A stretch of DNA of 64,000 nt from Vulgatibacter incomptus. GTDB lineage: Bacteria; Myxococcota; Myxococcia; Myxococcales; Vulgatibacteraceae. A model generated the notes under the pieces. That model was given only the letters and a program-made list of their open reading frames with translations, was not told where the DNA came from and ran no database searches. Shown here in pieces: positions 29,670 through 39,822 of this stretch. Each line of letters starts with the position of its first letter. The stretch's first letter is position 1. Where the stretch lies: assembly GCF_001263175.1 (NCBI RefSeq), contig NZ_CP012332.1, positions 3,614,220-3,678,219 of the forward strand, written 5' to 3'. The position numbers and the translations under genes are program-made.

Positions 29670-30173
29670 TTAGCCATACTGGAAGCCGGGTTTGCTCTGC
29701 CCGATTTCTATGATGTAACCGTCGGGATCGCGGATGTAGCATCGCGTCTCGCCGTACTTCTCTATTGGTTCTGTAAGAAACGTCGCTCCCCTACTCCGCC
29801 AGAGTCTATAGCACGCATGAATATCTGCGACGCGGATATTCATGAAGCTACTGACCTCATCAGGGTCGGGAGGGGGTCGGAGCGTCACGGTCGGCTTGTC
29901 GGGTGTTGGACCGCCCCCGACGTTGAGAATAAGCCAAGTGTTTGCGATCTTGATGTACGGCGGCGCGCCTTCCTTGTCGCCTCTGCTCACGACTTTGCCG
30001 CCGAACACCTTTTCGTAGAACTGAACGGATCGATCGAGGTCGGACACGGTGAGAAAGTGCGTGACGGTGAACCCCTCGTGCGGCGGCATCTGAAAGCTCG
30101 ACTGCTCGACTCGTACTTCATCCATTTCTGGCTCCAATCCATCCACGACGCGAGCTTGACGTTTGACGGCCAT
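29670..30173 (-). CDS. VOC (glyoxalase/bleomycin-resistance/dioxygenase) family protein, in a lower-GC patch
   Basis: 'FTVTHFLTVSDLDRSVQFYEKVFGG...YIRDPDGYIIEIGQ' is the VOC fold. Codon usage is noticeably AT-richer than its neighbours. Confidence 0.75.
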   Translation of the reverse strand: MAVKRQARVVDGLEPEMDEVRVEQSSFQMPPHEGFTVTHFLTVSDLDRSVQFYEKVFGGKVVSRGDKEGAPPYIKIANTWLILNVGGGPTPDKPTVTLRPPPDPDEVSSFMNIRVADIHACYRLWRSRGATFLTEPIEKYGETRCYIRDPDGYIIEIGQSKPGFQYG

Positions 30174-30274
30174 GCGGGGTCAGTGGAATTGCCGAGTCAT
30201 CAATCTATCCATCTGCACGCAGCCGCCAGCTTGCTTCAAAGTATTCATGGGGCAATTTTCGCGCACCACTTGAC

Positions 30275-30440
30275 CATCATGCGGCCCTGCTCGCTCTTTC
30301 GGCTGGGAGCAAAGCGAACGACGGAGGGTGCTTTTGAGTGGATGAAGTGCGCGCGGAGGATCGGCGGTTTCCGTAGGCCAGGGTGGTTGTCGCCTGCTCG
30401 CTCCACGGGGGGCCTGCGAACGCGCGGCAACCTCCGCGGG
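30275..30440 (+). repeat. Copy B of the roughly 150-bp non-coding repeat (see 24085-24250)
   Basis: Same orientation as copy A. Together they bracket the giant-protein / tag / VOC segment. Confidence 0.5.
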
Positions 30441-30520
30441 ATCGCAAGGCCGTCGTAGTGGACGCCAGGCGACACGTGGTATCGGGCTACGTGCGCTCCT
30501 CAAATGCCCGCGAGGAAACG

Positions 30521-31138
30521 ATGACGAAGCTCGACTACAAGAAGACGCTCAAAGACCTGTACGCGCCGCCATCCAAGAATGTGGTTCGGGTCGTCGTGCC
30601 TCCGCTCCGGTACCTGATGATCGACGGCCACGGAGACCCGAACACGGCTCCCGCCTACCAGCGCGCCGTCGAGTGCCTGTACAGCGTCTCGTACACGATC
30701 AAGTTCGCCGTCAAGCGTGGATCGGAAGGCACCGACTACGGCGTCATGCCGCTCGAGGGGCTCTGGTGGGCCGACGACATGGCGTCGTTCTCAGTCGAGA
30801 GGAAGGCCGACTGGAAGTGGACGATGATGATCTTGCAGCCCGACCTGGTCGACCGAGAGACGGTCGAGACCGCTATCGGGGACGTTCGGCGCAAGAAGCC
30901 GCTCGCCGATCTCGACCTGCTGCGCTTCGAGACGTTCGACGAAGGCGTGTGCGCACAGACTATGCACCTCGGGCCGTTCTCCGAGGAAGGCCCGACGATC
31001 GCACGCGTGCACGAGTACATTGCCGCGAACGGCAGCTTGCGGGGCAAGCACCACGAGATCTACCTGTCCGACATCCGAAAAGCCGACCCGAGCCGCTGGA
31101 AAACGGTGATTCGTCAACCCATGAAGGAATCACGGTAG
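30521..31138 (+). CDS. GyrI-like small-molecule-binding domain protein
   Basis: The RBS is GAGGA. 'GPFSEEGPTIARVHEYIAANGSLRGKHHEIYLSDIRKADPSRWKTVIR' is a typical GyrI-like C-terminus. Confidence 0.75.
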   Translation: MTKLDYKKTLKDLYAPPSKNVVRVVVPPLRYLMIDGHGDPNTAPAYQRAVECLYSVSYTIKFAVKRGSEGTDYGVMPLEGLWWADDMASFSVERKADWKWTMMILQPDLVDRETVETAIGDVRRKKPLADLDLLRFETFDEGVCAQTMHLGPFSEEGPTIARVHEYIAANGSLRGKHHEIYLSDIRKADPSRWKTVIRQPMKESR

Positions 31139-31298
31139 CGCGCACGCGCTCATACGACCGCGAGCGTCCTGGTGCGGCAGAGGGGAGGAGGATGTCTCCA
31201 TCTGCTGGATACACCCCCACCAGAGAGTACGGACTCCCACGGTCCGTCGAACTCTCCCACCTGCGACTACCGTTCGACCCGCTTCACCATCCCCTGGC

Positions 31299-32704
31299 TC
31301 AGTCACGTACCTCGGGGAGGACGCTGTTGACTGCCGCCCGACCCTTGTCCGTCGCGGTGACCGTCTCGAGGAGCTGGACGATGTTCGAGCCGAGCTTGGC
31401 GCCGAAGGTGTCCATCAGCGACCGGGCCCCGCTCTGCACATCGGAACCGTTGGCGACGATGGTCATCTTCGCTGCGGACATCGCCTGGGCCAGCGCGATG
31501 CCCACGGCTTGGTCGGCCTTCACCTGCTCGATGGTCACCAGGTACTTCTGGTAGCCCTCGTCCTTGCCGATCTTCTCGGCCAAGGTGATCTGCGCGGTGA
31601 CTGGCGCCATCAGCATCTTTTCCTGGGCCTCGGCGTTTGCCTTGCCCTTGGCCGCGATGCCTTCCGCTTCCCTCATCGTCGCCGCCAGCGCGCCCTCCGC
31701 CTTGGCCGCGATTCCTTCCGCTTCCCTCATCGTCGCCGCCAGCTCGCCCTCCGCCTTGAGCTCGACGACCTTGCGCGCTGCCTCCGCGTCGACCACCTGC
31801 ATCTCAGCGGCCCTCCGCGCGGCGATGATGGCGGTCTCCTTCTGGATCTCGGCCTTCTTAACCTCCTGGACCTTCATGACCTCCATCTCCCGCTCGGCGG
31901 TGGTCTTGGCGGAGGCCTGGACCTCCTGCTTGGCCTTCTCCCGCTCGATACCGACGATGCGCTCCTGCTCCGCGGTACGGATGCCGATCTGCTGCTTCTT
32001 CTCCTGCTGACGAAGCTCGATCTCCCGGGAAGCCTCGATCTCGGCTGCTTCCGCGGCCCGGTTGTTCTCCGCCACCGCTACACGGGACTCCTTGTCGATA
32101 CGGGATTTGTCCTTCTCCATGATCTTGGAGATGACCTCGGAGCCCCTCGCATCCCGGATGTCCATGAACTCGATGGTCTTCACGGTCGTCACGCCCCACT
32201 CCCTGAGCTGAGAATCCACCTCTCCGGTGAACGCTTGCCCAAGGGATCCGCGGGCTTCCATGATCTCCTCGAGGGTGTGGGTTGCCAGGATGCGTCGCAC
32301 GGAACCCTGAAGGATGGCCTTCAACTGATTGGCGAGCTCCTGGTAATGGTCGATCCGCGTAGCTGCCATCGACGAATCGCTGATGCGGAAGAACGACGTT
32401 ACGTCCACCACGAAGGGCAGACGGCGGGAATCGTACGCCTCGTAGTCCGTGAGGCTGACGCTGAAGTTGGCTTCAGGCAGGCGGCTGACGACGACACCGA
32501 TGATCGGGAGCCAACTCGGCCAGGCGTAGTAGACGTTGCCAGACTTGCTGCTGCGGCCGTAGGAGACGGCTCCCGCCTTCGACTGGACGATGTGCACCAT
32601 GTTGGTGGGTACCACCGTACGCAGCTTGAGGATGGTGATGGTGAGGACCGCGAAGGCGAACAGAGGGACTACGATCACACCAACCGCAACAACTGGAAAC
32701 ATAC
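31299..32704 (-). CDS. Flotillin / SPFH (band-7) family protein
   Basis: N-terminal membrane hairpin 'MFPVVAVGVIVVPLFAFAVLTITILKL', an SPFH core, a long Glu/Ala-rich coiled coil with a 48-bp tandem duplication (EAEGIAAK.AEGALAATMR x2), and a flotillin C-terminus. No NfeD partner was found upstream. Confidence 0.8.
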
Positions 32705-32994
32705 CGTCTTCTCCGACGTGAATTTCAACTTCATGTACTTGTTCTACCCGTGGATCGAACGGCCTTCGTCGAGATCCGCCCGCACCGTAGGTCGGATCGC
32801 CAACGCCCTCGGTTGCTTCGGGGCCATGGCCGATCTGACCACTATTCAACCATGGAGATCCATACGCCGGGGAAACTTCTCCATCACTGAGCGTCCTATC
32901 GGCCGGACGGGGACGCTCAAGCCCGCGAGAAGCCTCATCTCGGCACGCGGCGAAACGGCTTGCCCCGCTGGGGCGCTCGGGCAAGGCTGGTGAC

Positions 32995-34140
32995 ATGGCG
33001 CACGCCGCCCCTCCGAAGACGCGCCGTTGGGTGCCCCTGCTCGCCGTGGCGTCGCTGGCCATCCTCGCGACGACCGTCTTCGCCGTTGGTTTGAACCCCT
33101 CCACCACGGAGCACCTCTCGGTCATGGGCGATGACGATGCAGTCCAGGTGCACATCGGCGAGCAGAATCGACGAGGCACCACCAAGGCTGACCACATCCC
33201 CGCGTACCGCGCGCGGTTCGACCGCGACCCGACGCCCGAGAACGGCTTCCTCCTTGCCCGCCTCCTCCCGGCAGCGGAGTCGGAGGCTCTGGTCCTCCGC
33301 CTCCTCGCCGATCACCCCTACAACCCGTGGTTGCTCCGCCTGGGCGCAAGGCACCACCTGCGCGCGAGGCGCTGGAGCGAGGCGGTGCGCGCCTACGAGA
33401 GGCTCGTCCAGGTCTCGCCCGCCGACATCGTCAAATCGTTCGAGCTGCGCGCCACCGCTCTCGCGGGCGCAGGCCGTGCGGAGGAAGCTCTGTGGCTTGC
33501 GGACCGGCTTCCTCTCGGTGGCGCTCACTTGAGGGTGGCGCTCACCTACGCCCGACTGGTCAAGCTCGTCGGCGCCGGGGACCCGAGCGGCTACGTAAAG
33601 CGTGTGTCCCAAAGCGAAACGCTGCCGCCTGGCTTCCTCGCGAGCTTCGAGACCCTCACCGGAGGCGACGCCCTAGCCGAGATCACCGCCATCGCAGGGG
33701 CGCCCGAGCGCAAGGCCCGTATGGTCGAGCGCGAGGCGCTGCGCAAGCCGTGGTCGGCTCTCGCGCTCCTCGCGCAGGCGCCCGAGGGGACCGCCGGCGA
33801 GCTCGACCTGGACGTCGCGGTCCTCCTCCTCGGCGCCGCTGAGGGCGCGAAGCTTTCCCGCGTACGCGACCAGCTGGTCTCCGCGCTCGAGGAACACGGC
33901 CCGCCGTTCCTCGACTACATCCGCACCGGAAGAGAAAACTCCGCCACCGACGAGCTTCCGCCCGCGGGCCTCGCCGCCATCCACGTTGCCCGCGCGTTGA
34001 CATTGGATGGGAGCGAGCGCGACGCCCTGCTCTCACTCGCGAGGCAGGAAGACCCGCTCCGCGGCGTGCCCAGTCTCGCGGCGGAGGAGCTCGAGGGAAA
34101 GGCTCCCAGGAGCACCCCTTCCAGCAGCAAAGGGAGCTGA
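32995..34140 (+). CDS. Membrane-anchored TPR-like / hypothetical protein
   Basis: Signal-anchor 'WVPLLAVASLAILATTVFAV'. It is Ala/Leu-rich and helical-repeat-like. It is divergent from flotillin. Confidence 0.55.
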   Translation: MAHAAPPKTRRWVPLLAVASLAILATTVFAVGLNPSTTEHLSVMGDDDAVQVHIGEQNRRGTTKADHIPAYRARFDRDPTPENGFLLARLLPAAESEALVLRLLADHPYNPWLLRLGARHHLRARRWSEAVRAYERLVQVSPADIVKSFELRATALAGAGRAEEALWLADRLPLGGAHLRVALTYARLVKLVGAGDPSGYVKRVSQSETLPPGFLASFETLTGGDALAEITAIAGAPERKARMVEREALRKPWSALALLAQAPEGTAGELDLDVAVLLLGAAEGAKLSRVRDQLVSALEEHGPPFLDYIRTGRENSATDELPPAGLAAIHVARALTLDGSERDALLSLARQEDPLRGVPSLAAEELEGKAPRSTPSSSKGS

Positions 34141-34141
34141 C

Positions 34142-34936
34142 GTGCCGTTCACGCTCGCTGAGGCGGTAGAGGAAGTCGAGAATGCGACCGTCGCCGCCAT
34201 CTGGCGCCAGCCCGATACGGTCATCGTCGAGCGTCCGGGTTGGTACCAGTTCACGACGGCGTCCTCGCGGCTGTACTGGATGAACGGCGTCGCACGCTCC
34301 GTCCTGAGCTCCGAGGAGGCAGCGGAGGTCGTCGGAAGGACGGTCGCCGCGTATCGTTCCGCGGAACTTGGATTCCGGTGGACGCTTGGCCCCGGCGCCG
34401 CACCCGCCCATCTCGCCGAGCTGCTCGAGCGAGAGGGCATGCGGTTGATGTTCGTCGCGAGGGGCATGGTCGCCGACGTGCCGACTCTCGAGGTGAACGC
34501 TGGTCCCGGCGTGATCGTGGAGCGCGCGACGTTGGCCAACGTCGACGATTACGTCCGCGCAAGCGCCGCTGGATGGGGAAACACGACCGAGGCGGCACGC
34601 GAGATCCGCGCGAACATGATCCGGAGTCTCCGGGATCCGTCGAATCGAACGCTCTACTACATCGCCCGTGTCGACGGCGTGCCGGCAGGTTCCGGTGGCT
34701 TGCTCCCACTCGCCAGCTCCGGCTACCTGCTCGGGAGCAGCGTCGACCCGGAATACCGCGGCCGCGGCGTCTACCGCGCGCTCGTCGCGGCACGCGTGGC
34801 GACCCTGCGGGAGATGGGGCTCCCGCTCGTGACCATCCTGGCGAGCTCCGAGACGTCGGCTCCGATCTGTTCGAGGCTCGGCTTCGAGACCGTGTGCGAA
34901 GCTCGGATCTACGCCTGGGAGCCGAGCCAGGACTGA
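34142..34936 (+). CDS. GNAT-family N-acetyltransferase
   Basis: 'AGGGAG' RBS followed by GTG. 'VDPEYRGRGVYRALVAARVATLREMGLPLVTI' is the acetyl-CoA binding motif A. Confidence 0.75.
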   Translation: MPFTLAEAVEEVENATVAAIWRQPDTVIVERPGWYQFTTASSRLYWMNGVARSVLSSEEAAEVVGRTVAAYRSAELGFRWTLGPGAAPAHLAELLEREGMRLMFVARGMVADVPTLEVNAGPGVIVERATLANVDDYVRASAAGWGNTTEAAREIRANMIRSLRDPSNRTLYYIARVDGVPAGSGGLLPLASSGYLLGSSVDPEYRGRGVYRALVAARVATLREMGLPLVTILASSETSAPICSRLGFETVCEARIYAWEPSQD

Positions 34937-34985
34937 CTCGCGACCTCGAGGCCGATCGGCCAGCGATCGAGAGTACGCTAGCGCC

Positions 34986-36137
34986 GTGAGCGAACATCCT
35001 TTCGATCTCGTGACCGAAGCCGACCTCCGTAGGCGACAGAGCGCGAAGTGGCGCGTGTACCCTTCGGATGTCCTCCCCGCGTGGGTGGCGGAGATGGACT
35101 ATCCGATCGCTGGGCCGATCCAGCGGGCCCTCGGCGAGGCGCTGGCGAACGACGACGCCGGCTATGCCGATCCTCGCGGCCTCGGCGATTCGTTCGCACC
35201 GTGGGCGCGCTCGACGTGGGGCTGGGACGTCGCTCCAGGAGACGTCAGGGTCGCGCCGGACGTGGTCACTGCGATGGCGGAGATCCTCGGCGTCGCGACG
35301 AGACCTGGCGACGGCGTCGTCGTCGACCCGCCGGTGTACGCGCCATTCGCAGAGACCATCCGGCGCTTGCACCGGCGCGTCATCGAGACTCCGCTCGCGC
35401 GGGTCGAGGGCGGCTATCGCCTCGACCTCGACGCGATCGAACATGCCTATGCCGACGGAGCGCGCGCGCACCTACTCTGCTCGCCGCACAACCCGGTCGG
35501 CCTCGTGCACGAGCGCGAGACGCTGGCGGCGGTCGCCGAGCTCGCTGCGCGCCACGGGGTCCTCGTCGTGAGCGACGAGATCCATGCGCCGATGACCTAC
35601 GGCCCAGCGAGGCACATCCCTTTCCCGAGCATCTCCGAGGATGCCGCGCGTACCTCGGTGGTGCTCTCCTCCGCGTCCAAGACCTGGAACATCGCCGGCC
35701 TCAAGTCGTCGGTGATGGTCGCGTGCCATGACGACACCCGCCGCCTGCTCGCGAAGCTGCCGGCGGAGCTGGCGTACCACGCGGGTCACCTGGGCGTGCT
35801 CGGGGCCCGCGCCGCGTTCGAGGACGGTGCAGACTGGCTCGCGGAGACGATGCGGATCCTGGATCGGAACCGTCGTCTTGTCGCCGATCTGTTGCGCGCG
35901 CACCTTCCGCGAGCGCGCTACGTCGAGCCCCAGGCGGGCTACCTCGCCTGGATCGACTGCACCGGTCTCGGCCTCGGGCCCGATCCGGCGAAGGTCTTCC
36001 TCGAGCGGGGTCGCGTCGCTCTTTCTTCAGGCCTCTCCTTCGGTGCCGGGGGCGAGGGCTTCGTTCGCGTCAACTTCGCGACGACGCGCACGTTGCTCGA
36101 GGAGGCCATCCGGCGGATGGCCGTCGCCTTGGCCTGA
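34986..36137 (+). CDS. PLP-dependent C-S lyase / aminotransferase (MalY/PatB-type cystathionine beta-lyase)
   Basis: 'QSAKWRVYPSDVLPAWVAEMDYPIAGPI' and the Lys region 'VLSSASKTWNIAGLKSS'. Confidence 0.8.
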   Translation: MSEHPFDLVTEADLRRRQSAKWRVYPSDVLPAWVAEMDYPIAGPIQRALGEALANDDAGYADPRGLGDSFAPWARSTWGWDVAPGDVRVAPDVVTAMAEILGVATRPGDGVVVDPPVYAPFAETIRRLHRRVIETPLARVEGGYRLDLDAIEHAYADGARAHLLCSPHNPVGLVHERETLAAVAELAARHGVLVVSDEIHAPMTYGPARHIPFPSISEDAARTSVVLSSASKTWNIAGLKSSVMVACHDDTRRLLAKLPAELAYHAGHLGVLGARAAFEDGADWLAETMRILDRNRRLVADLLRAHLPRARYVEPQAGYLAWIDCTGLGLGPDPAKVFLERGRVALSSGLSFGAGGEGFVRVNFATTRTLLEEAIRRMAVALA

Positions 36138-36254
36138 ACTCGTCAGCCGGCGACCGCGTCCTTCTCGGACGTCGGAGTGATTACACTGGCGGGCGTCGAC
36201 GACGGCACGCACGGCTGATCGGCCATCGGCGATCTCCTACGAGGAGCACGGCAC

Positions 36255-36902
36255 GTGCACGATCGTCCCGGTACCCGCCTCTTTGCACGAATTCCAGCGC
36301 TCGAGCGGCTCGAGGCACGCCTCCTGGCCCACGGCCATGCGCCCTATGAGCGGGCGGTGGAGCCCTGGAAGCAGGAGCTGTTCGGCCAGCTCTCCGGCGA
36401 CGTCCTCGAGATCGGCGCGGGAGCCGGCGCCAACCTGGAGCTCCTGCCCGCCGCGATCCGCTACTCCGCCCTTGAGCCCAACGCCTTCTCCCGCGAGCTC
36501 CTCACGCGCAAGGCGGCCGAGCTGGGGCGCGCTGCGACCGTGGTCGGGGGAAACGCGGAGCGCCTCCCGTTCGCCGACGAATCCTTCGACGCGGTCATCT
36601 GCTCGCTGGTCCTCTGCACCATCCACCACGTCCCCCGCGCCCTCGCCGAGGTGAGGCGGGTTTTGCGCCCGGAGGGTCGCTTCGTCTTCGTCGAGCACGT
36701 GATCGCGCCGCAGCGCAGATGGCTCCGGGCCGTGCAGCACGCGGTGAAGCCGCTCTGGTACGTGGTTGGAAACGGATGCCGGCCGGACCGCGACACCGCT
36801 GCCGCCATCGCCGCCGCCGGCTTCTCCCGGACCGAGCTGCAGCACGTGCGGATGCCGGTGCCGGTGGTCGGGCCCCACCTCGTGGGCTACGCGATCCGTT
36901 GA
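36255..36902 (+). CDS. Class I SAM-dependent methyltransferase (Methyltransf_11-like)
   Basis: GAGGAG RBS followed by GTG. 'VLEIGAGAGANLELL' is motif I and 'FDAVICSLVLCTIHHVPRALAEVRRVLRPEGRFVFVEH' is motif post-II. Confidence 0.75.
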   Translation: MHDRPGTRLFARIPALERLEARLLAHGHAPYERAVEPWKQELFGQLSGDVLEIGAGAGANLELLPAAIRYSALEPNAFSRELLTRKAAELGRAATVVGGNAERLPFADESFDAVICSLVLCTIHHVPRALAEVRRVLRPEGRFVFVEHVIAPQRRWLRAVQHAVKPLWYVVGNGCRPDRDTAAAIAAAGFSRTELQHVRMPVPVVGPHLVGYAIR

Positions 36903-36958
36903 TCGCCCGATGGGCGAGGCCGGTAGCTTGACCAGCGGCGGGCTCTAGTAAAGAATTC

Positions 36959-36984
36959 GTGACTAGCCGACCGAGTTAGTCACG
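36959..36984. promoter_or_regulatory. Inverted repeat GTGACTA-N12-TAGTCAC in the AT-richer leader of the fic gene
   Basis: Seen in the sequence. It lies in a locally AT-rich stretch (taaagaattcgtgactag...) just upstream of the Fic ORF. Confidence 0.3.
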
Positions 36985-37037
36985 TGGCCGTTACTAGCGA
37001 CGCGGCTGGTCAAACAGACGTCACGAGCGAGGCCGAG

Positions 37038-38228
37038 ATGCCGAAGCGAGCCACCGGGCGATACGAGCGGACCACGGTCGGCGGAGAGGAGGTCGCGGCG
37101 TTCATCCCGCTCGCGCTTCCACCCGCAGACCCACCGCTCGCGATCGGCTCGGCGTTGGCGGATCGCCTGCGCGCTGCCGAGCAGGCGCTCGTCCGACTCG
37201 AGCTCGCGGGTGAGATGGTGCCGTCCCTCGACTGGTTCATCTACGCGTTCGTCCGCAAGGAGGCAGTCGTCTCGTCGCAGATCGAGGGCACCCAGGCCAC
37301 TCTCGTCGACCTGCTCGCGTTCGAGGCGCAGGCGAGCACGGACCAGGCAGCCCCGCCGAACGCAGATGTGGAGGAGATCTGCAACTACCTCGACGCCCTC
37401 ACGTACGCGCGCGAACAGCTCGCCGATCCGACCGGCCTTCCGCTCTCGATGCGTCTCTTGAACGGAGCTCATGATCGGCTCATGCGTGGCGTGCGCGGCG
37501 CCGAGAAGCAGCCCGGCGACGTCCGCCGAAGCCAGAACTGGATCGGCGGCAGCCGCCCCGGAAACGCCGCCTACGTCCCGCCGCCGCCCCACGTACTTGG
37601 CGAGGTCCTGAGCGCGTTCGAGAACTACCTCCACACCGAAGACACGCTGCACCCGCTCGTGCGCGCGGGCCTGCTCCATGTGCAATTCGAGACCATTCAC
37701 CCGTACCTCGATGGCAACGGCCGGATCGGGCGCCTGCTCGTCACCCTGCTGCTCGAGCACTGGAAGTTTTTGACGAAGCCACTGCTCTACCTGAGCCTGT
37801 TCTTCAAGCGGCACCGCGACGAGTACTACCGGCGGCTGAACGCGGTCCGCGTCGAAGGCGATTGGGAGGGCTGGCTGGCCTTCTTCCTCGACGGTGTCGC
37901 GACGATCGCCGACGAGGCCGTCGCCTCCGCACGTGAGCTCTTCGCGTTGATTGCCGACGATCGCGCCCGCGTGCTCGCGCTCGATGGAGTGTCGATCGGC
38001 GCGCTGCGCCTCTTCGAACTGCTTCCGCGCCACCCGATCGTGAGCGTCGCCTCCGTTACGAAGTTCGTCGAGACGAGCAAGCCGACGGCGATCCGCGCGA
38101 TCGAATTCCTCGTCGCCACCGGAGTGCTCGTCGAGTCGACGGGCAAGAAACGAGACCGCTCCTTTGCCTACCGCGCCTACCTGGATCGGCTCAAGGTCGG
38201 CACGGAGTTAGCGCGCCCCTCGCGGTAG
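37038..38228 (+). CDS. Fic/DOC-family protein (Fic_N plus Fic core plus C-terminal wHTH)
   Basis: The Fic motif 'IHPYLDGNGRIGRLLVTLLL' (HPFx[DE]GNGR) is present. The Fic_N region reads 'VRKEAVVSSQIEGTQATLVDLL'. The ATG at 37038 with a GAGG RBS is preferred over the GTG at 36984. Confidence 0.8.
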   Translation: MPKRATGRYERTTVGGEEVAAFIPLALPPADPPLAIGSALADRLRAAEQALVRLELAGEMVPSLDWFIYAFVRKEAVVSSQIEGTQATLVDLLAFEAQASTDQAAPPNADVEEICNYLDALTYAREQLADPTGLPLSMRLLNGAHDRLMRGVRGAEKQPGDVRRSQNWIGGSRPGNAAYVPPPPHVLGEVLSAFENYLHTEDTLHPLVRAGLLHVQFETIHPYLDGNGRIGRLLVTLLLEHWKFLTKPLLYLSLFFKRHRDEYYRRLNAVRVEGDWEGWLAFFLDGVATIADEAVASARELFALIADDRARVLALDGVSIGALRLFELLPRHPIVSVASVTKFVETSKPTAIRAIEFLVATGVLVESTGKKRDRSFAYRAYLDRLKVGTELARPSR

Positions 38229-38280
38229 GAGCGCCGATCGCGTTCCCCCAGCGTCCGCCTCATCCACGCGTCGAGCCGTT

Positions 38281-39243
38281 TCAGCGTGACGTGCTCGGCC
38301 GGTACGACATCGCCACGTCGCACCGCTCGTAGCGCGCCCCGAACTGGCGCATGATCTCGGCGTCGTGCACGAAGCCGACCTTCTCGTAGAGATGGATGGC
38401 CGCCGCGCACTTCTCGTTGGTCAGCAGATAGACCTTGGCGAAACCCAGGCTGGAGGCCCGCTCCAGGGTCTTGGCGAGCAGGAACTCGCCGATCTTCAGG
38501 CCCCGGGCGCTCTTCAGGACGCCCATCTTGGTCAGCTCGACCCAGCCGTCCTTGGACACCATCAGGGCGCAGGTCCCGACCACGCCCAGCTCCGGCGTCT
38601 CGGCGAATAGGACCATCCCGCCCTTGTCGAGGATCAGCTCGCGCGGCTTCGACAGGAGCGCGATGTCGTTCTCCTCGAGGGCGAACATGTCCTCGATCCA
38701 CTCCGCGTTGATCCGATAAAACGCGTCGGCCAGGTCGTCGGAGAAGTCGCGCGCCCACATCGTGGGCGGACCGGCGGCCTCGATCCGGCTCAGCAGCGAG
38801 GCCTCGGCAAGCCGCGCCTCCACCCTGGCCAGGCTCTGCATGAAGTCACCCGATAGCCCCTCGATCAGCGAGGCGGCGGCGGGCTCGATGCGCGGCAATA
38901 GCTGCGTCTGGATGCGGGCCACCAGGGCCTCGCCGCTCTCCGTCAGCGCCAGGCGTTTCGAGCGCTGATCGCCCGGCGAGGGCCGCGCTTCGACGAAGTC
39001 CTTGAGTGTCCCGAGAGCGCGGGACACCGTGGGCTGGGCAAGCTGCAGGCGCTCGGCCAGCTCGCCCACCGTGATCGGGCCGTGCAGGCGGATCGTCATC
39101 AGCAGCGACATCTGGGCCGGCTGGACCGGAAGGTCCAGCGATCGGGCCACATCGGCGGCGTCGGCCTGCATCCGCTCGGCCAGGCGCTTGAGCCTGCTGC
39201 CCAGGAAGCCCACGCCAAGCCCTGCCAGAAGATCGACTTCCAT
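38281..39243 (-). CDS. Bifunctional MarR-type HTH regulator / GNAT N-acetyltransferase
   Basis: GGAGG RBS. The N-terminus 'MSLLMTIRLHGPITVGELAERLQLAQPTVSRALGTL' is an HTH. The C-terminus 'LGVVGTCALMVSKDGWVELTKMGVLKSARGLKIGEFLLAKTLERASSLGFAKVYLLTNE' is GNAT. Confidence 0.75.
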   Translation of the reverse strand: MEVDLLAGLGVGFLGSRLKRLAERMQADAADVARSLDLPVQPAQMSLLMTIRLHGPITVGELAERLQLAQPTVSRALGTLKDFVEARPSPGDQRSKRLALTESGEALVARIQTQLLPRIEPAAASLIEGLSGDFMQSLARVEARLAEASLLSRIEAAGPPTMWARDFSDDLADAFYRINAEWIEDMFALEENDIALLSKPRELILDKGGMVLFAETPELGVVGTCALMVSKDGWVELTKMGVLKSARGLKIGEFLLAKTLERASSLGFAKVYLLTNEKCAAAIHLYEKVGFVHDAEIMRQFGARYERCDVAMSYRPSTSR

Positions 39244-39408
39244 GCCCGCCTCCAATCCATAGCGCGCTATATAACTGAGGGGGAGCAACTGCAAGAGGGC
39301 CGAGCATCTGAACTGCGCGCCTCACCCACAGGTGGGCAAGGCCTCGGGCGGCGGGCGGTGGAGACAAACCGTCTTCAATTCAAAACATGTTGCAGGCAAC
39401 ATGTCCCC

Positions 39409-39822
39409 GTGCGTGCCAGAGCCTTCGAGCGCGAAGTTGAGCTGTTCCGCCAGCATGGCGGCAGCCTCCGCATGTCCGAAGCACTGCGCCTCGGCATCAA
39501 CCCGAAGACGCTCTACGCCATGAGAGACGCGAGCGTCATCGAGCCCGTCGCCCGAGGGCAGTACCGGCTCGCGTCCCTCGAACCGCTCGCGCGTCCCGAC
39601 CTGGTCACCGTCGCGGCGCGCGTTCCAAAAACCATGCGCGCGCGACGAAGCGGCCGCTTCAGGAGCTGCCTAACCGAAGCTAGGCCGGACGGGCCCGCGG
39701 CGGCTCTATTGGGCAACTGGCCACGCCATCGGAGAGGGCCAATAGAAAACCGTTGCAACTTTACGACCTTGCGCGCGCGTTCGCAGCTCCCCATCGGCCA
39801 TCGCCGCGTCCGTGGCCATTAG
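39409..39822 (+). pseudogene. AbiEi-like (type IV TA antitoxin N-terminal domain) gene fragment
   Basis: 'FEREVELFRQHGGSLRMSEALRLGINPKTLYAMRDASVIEPVARGQYRLAS' matches the AbiEi_4 N-domain pattern. The rest is degenerate and short. No AbiEii partner is present. Confidence 0.4.

Noticed and set aside
32705-33197. N-terminal 165-codon extension of the flotillin ORF, or an NfeD gene upstream of it
   Set aside because: The extension is Cys/Ser/Arg-rich and non-hydrophobic. It is not NfeD-like and it overlaps the divergent TPR gene. The membrane-hairpin start MFPVVAV with its own RBS is the credible start.
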